In this document: piece by piece, positions 52,493 through 62,615 of the stretch
How the letters are laid out: each line of letters starts with the position of its first letter
Position numbering within the stretch: position 1 is the stretch's first letter
From: Tubiluchus corallicola
Lineage: Eukaryota > Animalia > Priapulida
Assembly (NCBI GenBank): GCA_030141605.1
Contig: JAQGDQ010000099.1
Coordinates: forward strand, 141,194-205,193
Length of the DNA stretch: 64,000 nt
Reading direction: 5' to 3'
The notes under the pieces: generated by a model
What the model was told of the DNA's origin: nothing
Databases searched by the model: none
The model's input: the letters and a program-made list of their open reading frames with translations, nothing else
Position numbers and translations under genes: made by a program

Positions 52493-52690
52493 AAAGTTTA
52501 CAATTCTTCACACACTAGAAATTAGTTATTGAAGTGGATTAGGGTTAGGGTTAGTATTAGGATTGGGATTAGAGTTAGGGTTAGTGTTAGGATTAAGGTT
52601 AGGTGTTGGCTTAGGGTTAGGGTTAGAGTTACGAGTTAGCTTAGGGTTAGGGTATTTAAATTGTGTGGGAAATTGTAAACTCCTTCCATG
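52493..52690 (+). mobile_element. (TTAGGG)n-bearing Helentron/HINE-like element, copy 2
   Basis: AGTTTACAATTC...GAAATTGTAAACT inverted repeat around a tract of about 115 nt of degenerate TTAGGG. Confidence 0.7.
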
Positions 52691-52903
52691 TGTTGTAGTA
52701 AAAGTAAAATATATCTTAAAATGTTTTAAAGTTTGGGAACTGCATCTGTTTTGAATTTTTTCATTTTGCATCTAGACAAAGAATATTTATGGTAGCTGTG
52801 AATTATGAGACACCGAGGACAATAAATATGTTGACATGGAAACCATGTTGCTGAATGAAATGAGCACATATTGTGACTGCTATCTTTATTTCTTAAATCG
52901 TAG

Positions 52904-53038
52904 GTACAAATGCTATCTTTCTTTGACGTCGCCTTAGATTTCATCCTTTTGGACGCTTTCGAGGATTTAGAAAATCCGCCATCTTCTGTGACCGCAGTCA
53001 TGCAGAACAGGTGGCTGTCCAACGGCTTCAAAGAAACA
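52904..53038 (+). CDS. MIGA: MIGA coding exon 10
   Basis: VQMLSFFDVALDFILLDAFEDLENPPSSVTAVMQNRWLSNGFKET. Confidence 0.95.
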
Positions 53039-53799
53039 GTAAAAATTATTACTGATTTTGATTTTGAACGTTTAAGCCATGCTTACAAGATGTCCGGAAT
53101 TGCGTATGTGACTATGCGTTGTTGCGTTATAGACAAAAACAATTTTATATCATTTTAATGCACCTATTTATCAGGCCTGTATTATTGCATTGTTCATATT
53201 GAGTTTGTTGTGTCCGGAAAACTAATCGCTTCCAGCAGTGAAGAAAGGGCGTTTCCTCAGACATTCTTGAAAAAAGGATCAGGTGACAATGACTACTTGG
53301 CAACTGCGTATTATTGTACATGTACATGTACATCCAGTGCTATGAAGCAGCCATGTTTAAACAATATGCATTCTGTTCCACATTGCTTGTGAAACTCCTT
53401 GCATAATCCCGTGCACCTGGATACACAATTCTGGGCTTCTGGTGAACACGGCTTTTCTTCAAACTAGTGAGCAGTTTATTAAATTACGGTGTAGCATGTG
53501 CTTTTAGAAGTGTTTGTTACACTGACAGGATGACTTGATCCATGAATGTGTTACTGTTGTTTACTGTGTCTCCTATTTGGCACTTGTCTTAACCATATAT
53601 GACCATAACTAATAACTGAGCACTGATGCCAATCTTTTACACCACTTGGCTTCATTTAAAATCTCTCTAATTCTTCTACCAGAAAAGAGGAAAATTGATG
53701 GCTTATATAAATTACAATCACTAAGGTTTTTTTTAATTAAATTAATTAATCTAATCTAATCTAATTAAATTAATTAATTAATCTAATCTAATTAAATTA

Positions 53800-54390
53800 A
53801 AAAAACCTGCCCCAATCTTAAACTGTAGGTCAAAATAATCTACTCTTTAAAATATTGAAAGGGAACATACTATTTTTTCAAAAATAACTTACTTGAAAGA
53901 ATTATTACTACACAAATGAAATTTTGCGGCTAGTTCTTCACTGTTACATGCATTTCACCATTCGTTAGTTAGAAGGGCATTAGTGCCTGCATTGCGGAAC
54001 GGTGCACAAAAAACAGGCGCTGTACCTGTCAATTCAGAAGTGTTCATTTGTGATGTAGTTTGCACATTCGAGATCTAATGTGTGAGCACAGTGATAAATT
54101 TTAAATTTGAATTTTTATCTTAAGACTTGCAGAGTTTTAGTACAACAAACTGAATCTCTTACAGTAGTATTTGTACTACAGGTTTCACCTTTGCAAACAA
54201 GTTCAACACACTCATAGAATGTTCATGCTGTCGAAAATTATGTTCATTTGTGATGTCATCAATACTTGGGCTGGCCCGCCGTTAGCAAAGATTTTAGTGT
54301 ATTATTTATGAGATGTGCTTTTGCAGTATTATTGGTGTTAAAATGTATAGTTTTTACCGTGCTTCACAATTGCACCACTTGGCTAATACT
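53800..54390. mobile_element. Dispersed repeat, copy 2 of the 36289-36818 family
   Basis: Collinear similarity read by eye. Confidence 0.6.
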
Positions 54391-54451
54391 TAAAATATTA
54401 TAATAATGACTTGAAATGTGTTTATTCTGGCATTGTTTTCTATACTTTTAG

Positions 54452-54505
54452 GCTCTTTTAACTGCTATCTGGTCTGTATTAAAAGCAAAACGAAGACGAC
54501 TAAGG
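54452..54505 (+). CDS. MIGA: MIGA coding exon 11
   Basis: ALLTAIWSVLKAKRRRLR. Confidence 0.92.
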
Positions 54506-55021
54506 GTACGTTATTTAAGAACGTGAATAAAAATTCTTGTTTAGAACAACTTCATTGTTGCTCTAATGCTAACACTTTTTTATATAATAACGTGTGTTAG
54601 TTAAAACAACTGTTGTCAACATATAATTTGAAGTGGCAAATGTATCATAATTAAAATATGTTTGTTTGCATCTAAAACTCGCCGAAAAGTAAATTTTTGA
54701 CATGGTTAAGTCTAATAAGTGTAAAAGTTTCTTTCTGACTTATCAAACACTAGTAACAGATTTTTAGAACATGGAGCTTATTATTTTGTAATTTGATTAT
54801 TTTTTGTAGTTCATTACTGTTTCTTGCATGGAAAAGATTTTTTTGCTTGTTTGGTCTGTAGTAGCATGCTGGGTTCTGTCATTTTATGATTTTTTTCTTT
54901 AATTCGTGATTTGTAAAGCATCAGTGAATATTTTATCTGGTAATCATTCAGCTTTATAAATGGCTCTGCAAATTTCTATTATGATTGTAATATTAAACAA
55001 TTGATTACTATTATTTTTCAG

Positions 55022-55138
55022 TATCCCAATGGTTTTATTTCACATTTTTACGACATTTCGCAATATACAAGCCCAGTGTTAGCATGGGGATTTCTTGGAC
55101 CTGAATCAAAGCTCAAACATTTGTGTGAAAATTTCAAG
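55022..55138 (+). CDS. MIGA: MIGA coding exon 12
   Basis: YPNGFISHFYDISQYTSPVLAWGFLGPESKLKHLCENFK. Confidence 0.93.
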
Positions 55139-55982
55139 GTAAGAGTCTATAAAACACATTTGCTTTCTTTCAGTGCCTAAACTGTAAAACTGTCAGTGTG
55201 GGAATTGTTAGCTAAGTATTTCAGAACATAGCTCTTCCACTGTGGTTTGACAAAACTGATTTCGTTAGTATAACTTTGTATATTTAAGAAAACAGGTTTA
55301 AACAATCTGTTGGCTATATGAATTCTTGTTTTAAGTTCTTTGCAATTTTTGGCAGAAGAAAAACATAATTAATAAAAATCACTTATTTATTTTCACTGTT
55401 TAGAAGTAATTATGAAATTTTTCAAAAATCCAAATATAATTGGAACATTTCTTTTTGCGTGAAAGTAAATGAGAACACATTGCTTGTACGAATTACTAAC
55501 CTCTTGTGTGAAAACCTGAATGTCATCAGCATATTTTTACTGATGTCATTTTTACTTAGATTTTCAGGGTTTTATTTGCATGTAATATAATATTACAGTA
55601 TTAAATGTATATATATATATTATTACATATAAATTTCGCAATAGATGTAAAGTCGAAATATTATATTGTTAAATACACACTCTACTTCTCTTTTGTCATC
55701 TGTGTGTATTGTTTATTAGTATTTTTAATGAGATGCGTACAATGTCATTTAAATATTAAATATAATATAACTTGTGCTATTTTTCTCGTGTTACATTACC
55801 ACGCTATTGTTCGGGGTGTTAAAAAATATTGAAATGAAATTGGTCACTAAAAGGGTGACTAACCATAACTACCTCTTCTTCCTGAGCCCTCTACCAGTGC
55901 TAACTGCGGCCAAAAGTTTCATTTGTCTTTTTTTGGCAGTCAAAATATGGTTAAAAAACCACTAATGTTTTTTTTGTTTCAG

Positions 55983-56126
55983 GAACAGACTCTAGGATTT
56001 GTCCAGGATATTTTCAGCTTGAATAAATGCCGATTCACTTCCGTGGAGGAGCTAGCGGATGACATCATGTTCTGTGCACGCTCACGAAGTCAGTTGACAT
56101 TCGAAAAATTGTCGGCTGTGGTGTAG
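55983..56126 (+). CDS. MIGA: MIGA coding exon 13 (terminal)
   Basis: EQTLGFVQDIFSLNKCRFTSVEELADDIMFCARSRSQLTFEKLSAVV TAG. Confidence 0.92.
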   Translation, partial: EQTLGFVQDIFSLNKCRFTSVEELADDIMFCARSRSQLTFEKLSAVV

Positions 56127-57536
56127 CTTGCCATCCTAACCACTCGGAGGAAAAAATTTCTAGGTAACCAGATTTTGAAGTTCCAGTGCCGTGATATTAG
56201 TGGTAGGAAATCTGTTTTTCTCTGTTAATCGATTAATCCGATTAACCGACTGCTTTCCGATTCGAGAATTGATTCGAAATCCATTTTCAAGAGGCGTTAG
56301 AATCAAGTTCACGTGAAAAACTGCTTTCTAATGTTAGTGAATTTAGTGCAAAACCAAATTATTATCACATACTTTTAGGCAGAAATTAAAATCGTCTCCA
56401 TGTAACTCACGTAGTACTTGTCTCGCCACAAGACACTTAGATTATGAATTAGAACAGTGCCCGTTTCCATTGCAGATTCATCTTCCAAAGATGCCATGCT
56501 TTCGTAGCCTGTCTACTCAGCACTTGTGAATATTGCAAAGAATGTTCGTGGGTGTGGACTGCAGAACTGTTTTCAATGATGTCAGGGAGCTTAAGTTCGG
56601 TTCGTTGAACATGAAAACTATTGTAAAATTTTATTAAAAACTTTTCCTACAAATTTTTTGTGCAACATTTATTCGATTCATTATTTCATAATCGATTTTC
56701 GAAATCGGGAGCTTTCAGCAAATTGATGTTTCGTCAAATTGCCATATCACTAAGTGGTACTATGTAATATAGTGTAGAGAGTAAATAGTGTAAAATAGGG
56801 AGAAACAAAAACTTTGTTTAAACAAGCATGATAACTAGTTTTTTGATGTTAAGATAGTTGTATTTCAGTCTTATCTCAGAGATAACATGTTCTGCAAGTC
56901 TCTTGCTTCGTAGCTGGATTTAATTAAGAAAATCGCAAACTTACAAGCCAAGCTTTTTATTTCAGTGAAAAAGTGTAAGTGGTGGCATCACGTTTCCTGA
57001 AATTTTATATATATATATTGACCAATTTTAATAGTACAAGTTGCAAGTTTTTTGTGTAGTTTGTAGTAATTCCCCTTTCTTTTAAATTTGTTAGTTTGTA
57101 AATCAACAAGTTATGTAAGTTTGTTAATTAGCAATCACTGCTTATATTGTCTTCTGCTTAATGCAATGTTGATCTCACTAGAACGCATAGTTTCATCTCG
57201 ATATATTCACAGGTAAGATGGAAAAAGTAGCTGAGATAGAAATTTTCATTTCTTGCATTACCTTTAAATGTGTTATGTCCAACATTAATTAATTTCTAGT
57301 TAACACTTTTAATTTATTTTACTGATAAGATTTACGCCTGTATGTATTTTCAAGAAATGCCAGTCATTTATAGAAAAGGTCTTCACAGCAATTGGGAATT
57401 TTCTGATGAACTCTTAACAGCACATGGAAATTTTCTGATGAATTCTAAATAAGATAGGATAAGAAAAAGACATTTGTTCAGGACAGCTTGATTAAATAAA
57501 ATTTACAACAAAGTCTATTTACAACAAGGTCTTGAT

Positions 57537-59215
57537 CAGTGGCGGCACGTGTATAGGTACCGTGTTACTGCAACACCTCCTGTTTTCACTCATTATTATG
57601 GATAACATTCAAGTACAATTTGCTTCACAACCCAAGCTACGTTCAAACACCTAGCTTGGGTTGTGAAGCAAATTGTACTTGAATGTTATCCATAATAATC
57701 AAATAGATCTCAGACATGCACACATGTCTGAGATAACACGCTGTACGCTAACGTCTGCTGCTAGGTAGAAAAGTACTGTCTCCTACACTGTAACAGTTGA
57801 CGTCAAACATTTTGGTCTATCGCTCCGCCCCCGCTGCAACGTAAGCACGCTCAGCAGCATTCGGGACAACAGCTCACGCAGAAACAACATGACAATCCCA
57901 ACTAATGCCTAATCAGCAGATAAACTGATTGCTTTTTTTCACAAACACAAATTTGCAGAGCAGCAGCTATTTTAACACAAAATTAACACTTCAAGTAGCC
58001 AAAAAATGACTTTTCAATTTAAACAGAATGTAGAGACGAAGTTTCAAAGCACTACAAAATACAGAGACATAAATATAATAAAGAAACTAAGCCAGTTAGC
58101 CTTGCTTTACAATAAATGAGCAAAAAAATATTAAGTCTCTCTTGACTTTAAATACACGAACATCAAGCCAGAGATGTATTTTTCTATATTAATTGATCAA
58201 GTGCTCGTCTGCAAGATTTATTAAGTGTTTGCACTTTTCCGTTTGACAGATTACGGAAATGGAATAAATTTGACTGTTCCATTCCATAGACGACCCTTAT
58301 ATTGAATGCCTGACTCACATAAGTCCCAATGGTATCTTTTAACCTTGATTATAACCAGAAAAATAGCGTAAAATTAGCTAATATTACATTGATGTATAAT
58401 ATAAGTTTTGACCACATTTGAATTAATTTTGATTGAGAAGATCTCATTGAGGTTTATAAAAACTAGCCAGAAAAGAAAACATTTTGTTTTGTCCTTATAT
58501 AAAGTTAATCAATTTTGTCCTTATTTAAAGTTAATCAAATAGATGTTTTTATCTAACTTGCGAAACCAATAAACTAAACTAAATTGCATATTTTCTTGAT
58601 CGCAAAATGATTTAATCAGCAACTCATAGACGTAAGCGTTGTGCATTTCTTCCTATAAACGAAACTAGACTATATATTTCCACTAATCCACTTGCAATTT
58701 CAATTGAAAACGAAAAAAATCTAAAAGGCCAATATTTCTCCTGCTAACTAATGAAAAGTTGAGCATTTTTCATAACGGTGTCAGGAGCTGTAGCTAAATG
58801 TCCATGCTGCAGGGGTGCGTGAAATAACTTGCACGGTGATTAGGCAGTCATCGAAAATGATTGACATTATGTTAGACATCAATTGCCACGTGCTTACCAT
58901 GTATCGTCACATTCTTGGATGTGATAAAGTGTAAACTTAGCGTGTGTGCTTAAAACATAAATTAGTTAATAATGGATGCCTTGCATCCCCAATAAATAAG
59001 TTCTGTGACTGTAAGTGAACTACAACAGCTTAATTTTTCATAGTTGTCTCTGTATGAGAAAGTTGCAGTTAAAAAAGAGGCTGTTCAACACTCAATCTTC
59101 AAATATAACTACAACATTAATATTACATATGTTTGTTACGTTCTACACAGTATTAAAACAATGGCAAAAAATTTTCTGAAGCAGCACCGCTAATTTTTGG
59201 TACGAGCCGCTACTG
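57537..59215. mobile_element. Non-autonomous hAT-like element
   Basis: TIR CAGTGGCGGCACGT / ACGAGCCGCTACTG; decayed TSD GTCTTGAT / GTCCCGAC (5 of 8). Confidence 0.6.
57592..57699. repeat. Perfect inverted repeat, 48-bp arms with a 12-nt loop
   Basis: 57592-57639 is the exact reverse complement of 57652-57699. Confidence 0.95.
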
Positions 59216-60202
59216 GTCCCGACTGAAAATCCAAACATCTGTTCAGGGCAAAGATATTTTACATCCGTTTATTATCTTATCTTTGCATCTGAGTAGTCCA
59301 AAGATAAAATCGAGTAAATCATTTGTAGCTTCCAGTGCAAATGCAATTCATATTGACACACTATTAACAGTAGTTCCTATTTGACATGTTACAACTTCTT
59401 ACATTTTGAAGTTAGTGAATTGTAATTAGAATCCAGTAACAGTTTTTTCTGACATTCTGTGCTTCAAGTTTTATATGTTCTTTGCACCATTAGCACATAC
59501 AATTCGATTCTGATACAAAAATTCTAGTTTTTGCTTTGGAACATTATTACTTGTTGCAAATACGTCTGAAAATGTCAACAATAACATAAAGGAAATCGAT
59601 GTATTTTACACTTGCTGAAGGATTGGCCAGCTAGGGAACAAATGTGTATAAATTTTCATTTTTATGTTACTGGTTATTTGCCATGAGATGGGCAGACAAG
59701 CATTTTTACTTAATTCTTTTTACTTGCAACAGTTATTATATTTGTTCTTGATTTTATTGCTATGCTAGACTATAACAAATTATGTCACCGTTTCTCGTGC
59801 AATTTTTTAATTTGACTGTTTAATTCTCGTGTCTGTGAATCGAATCAAGTTAATCAGGTGATAGTTATAATAAACTGTTTTGCTAATTGTGAAAAAAGCT
59901 CAACGTAAGAACGGATCTCGTGTTTCGCTGTTGTAAAAATGATATCGGATAAAATGCCAATTCTGTGATTTTACGATGTGTGACGAAATTGTAGCAAATG
60001 CCGAGTCTGTGATTTCACTATATGTGAAACGAATTATATTTATATTTTATTGATGTGTTAGTAAAGTAGAAATGTAAATTATGCATTTACAGTTGTAGGT
60101 TAGGTGATATGAAATTAGCACCTTTGTAAATTAATCAGATACAAAAATAAATAAACGTTTAAACAGTGAAAAAGATGTTTTCATTTGTATGCTATGTGAA
60201 GG

Positions 60203-60681
60203 CAGGGTTCCCACAGTCAGGGAAAATCCTTGAAAATATAGGCTATCCTGGAAAGTCGGGGAAAATAATAATTTGGTAAAGTCAGGGAAAATGCTGAAAA
60301 TGAGGTGAAAAGTCAGGGAAATTGGAAAGGGTTGCAAAAAATAATCACCACGAACCGATATTTTCCCAACATTTTTCAGCGATTCTTGTTCAAATAAAAT
60401 TTTGACATGGCAGGCTCGCAGTTTTGATTTCTGTCCCAAAAATAATGATTGGATTAAGAAAGTTTGTTTAATGTGATTAGTGTAATTTCGTTGGCACTAC
60501 TGCAACTGTGCCGACACATTATATACCAGTATATGTATGAATGCCCATACACAAAAATGTTTGAATATGTATACTGGTAATACAATTTCTGCTTATCTTG
60601 GTCATAGAAAATCAATATTTGGTCAGGGAACTGTCGTGGAAAAGTCAGGTAAATTTATTTTATAATTCTGTGGGAACCATG
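60203..60681. mobile_element. hAT-like MITE (GTCAGGGAAA subterminal repeats)
   Basis: TIR CAGGGTTCCCACAG / CTGTGGGAACCATG; a second, truncated copy at about 61831-62208. Confidence 0.8.
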
Positions 60682-61217
60682 GTAAAGGTTGCTGCATGAG
60701 CGGCTTAATCACCAGTGCACTTTCTTTGCAAGTTGGCTCGATTCTGCAATCAGGTCAACTTTAAAAATGGTACCTGCTATTTCTGTGCCACGCATGTAGA
60801 ATTATGCACAGCATTTTGCAAGTAATAGTAGGCTCACTGTGCATCCTTTTGGCTAGTCTTATGCAGCGGAGCGAATAGAATGTGGCTATAATTGGAGGCA
60901 ACACTGTAAAAAACATTCTCAAGTTGTTTGCAATGTTAACTAATCACCAGCATCATGCATTAGGCATCAACATACACACTGTATTCACGTAAGTTCATGA
61001 AAAAGCATTGAATTTTATTTAAAATATAAATAAAAACAAAATGTACTACCCTGATTACACAACAGTCTGAAAATCATGGCACATTACTGCACGTTATCGA
61101 GGCAGATATGAAAAAGATCCAATATTCAACAACAAGATTTCATGCATGCTCTCTTGCATTTAACAATAAAAAACGATAAAAATGGAATTAGAAAGCATCT
61201 TAAATCTTAAGCCTTGC

Positions 61218-61335
61218 GTATAGTATAGTATACGTATAGTATATGTATAGTATAGTATAGTCATAGTACTAGTACTAGGTATAGATATAGTCACTAGTAT
61301 AGTATAGTATAGCTATAGTATAGTCATAGTATAGA
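61218..61335. repeat. (TATAG)n microsatellite
   Basis: Directly visible. Confidence 0.85.
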
Positions 61336-61357
61336 GCTGAAATAACCAAATCTATAA

Positions 61358-61507
61358 TGGCACGTTCAGACTAGTGAGTTTTCTCGCCAAGTAACTCACA
61401 AGCGAGCTTAATTAGCGTGAGAGAGTTTGCAATTTCTTGCCGACAGTAACTTGCAAAGCAGCTCACCCTGCGAGTTCATGAGGAGATTCGGTAGTCTGAA
61501 CACGCCA
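61358..61507. mobile_element. PIF/Harbinger-type MITE
   Basis: TIR TGGCACGTTCAGACTA / TAGTCTGAACACGCCA; TAA TSD. Confidence 0.8.
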
Positions 61508-61535
61508 TAAGAGAGTAACACTGATAGAAAGTATG

Positions 61536-62236
61536 TATGGGCGCCAGAGCCATGGGGACAGAGGGGACAACAACCCTGCCCTTTCCCGAAGGAGGCAGTG
61601 TGGGAGCAGAAGTTTGCCTTTTTGATAAAAAAATGTATGGCTATCCATGATTATACTTGTGCTTAATTTGTCAAATTGCCATTTTTAGCTGGCATTATCA
61701 AAACTGAACTCTACATGAAAACGTGCATCTATTATTTATTTTTTATTCATTTTAAAGGGACTATCTGACAGGCAGAAGGGATTTGAGGTGCCTTAGATAT
61801 ACCCTTATCATCATTAGTGTGGCCACAGAAACAGGCTATCCTGGAAAGCAATGGAAATGTCAAGGAAAAGAAAATTTGGTAAAAAGTCAGTGAAAACAAT
61901 GAAACTGGGGCAAAAAGTCGGGGAAATTGAAAAGGGTTGCAAAATAATCACTACGAATATTTTTCCTGACATATTTTTCAGCGATTCGTGATAATGATTG
62001 GATTAAGAAAGTTTATTTAAGTGATTTTGTTAGCACTACTGCAACTGTGCCAATACATTATGTATGTATGAATGCCCATACACAAAAATGTTTGAATATA
62101 TATATATATATACTGGTAAAGCAATTTCTGCTTATCTTGGTCATGGAAAATCAATATTTGGTCAAGGAAAAGTCGGGTAAATTTATTTTAAAATTCTGTG
62201 GGAACCCGCTTTTCATAAATGCTGCCCCTGCCCCTG
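61536..62236. mobile_element. hAT MITE containing a nested copy of the 60203 family
   Basis: Perfect TSD AAAGTATG (61528-61535 and 62237-62244); the inner segment about 61831-62208 matches 60240-60680. Confidence 0.7.
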
Positions 62237-62615
62237 AAAGTATGGGATATGATTGACAAAATTTATCAAATGTTTTCAAATATACTTGAGTCTGTAATGT
62301 GGACCACTTGAATATATTCTTAAAAGTGATATGAATAATATTATTACTACTAATCCTGTTAGTCCCAAGGCCCTTCTTTCCTTATCTTTCTGACTGGTGA
62401 ACATACATAAAATACATCTGACATTCAAACGTCCAGTGTGTTACGGGCTTGACTATAACACTGACACCAACTGTACGTAAAAAAGTTTCTTGAATATACT
62501 AAGCTTTCATTTAGCCTGACACAAGGCTTCTTGACCTAATGAGACGAGTACTTTTCTGTTTTCAATGTTCTATAGAAATTAACTAAGAGCATCTATACAT
62601 TTTCACTGACAAGGC

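Larger units (their letters stand above)
45003..56126 (+). other. MIGA: Gene model: mitoguardin (MIGA/FAM73), 13 coding exons, 495 aa
   Basis: Exons sum to 1488 nt in frame. N-terminal TM plus basic cluster, FFAT-like DFLSATE, conserved FFDVALDFILLDAFEDLENPPSSVTAVMQNRWLS and LAWGFLGP. Confidence 0.92.

Noticed and set aside
52537-52655. True telomere or chromosome fusion site
   Set aside because: Short, degenerate and enclosed in a dispersed element inside an intron.
53725-53810. AT-rich quasi-palindrome
   Set aside because: Low-complexity TAATT/TAATC microsatellite.
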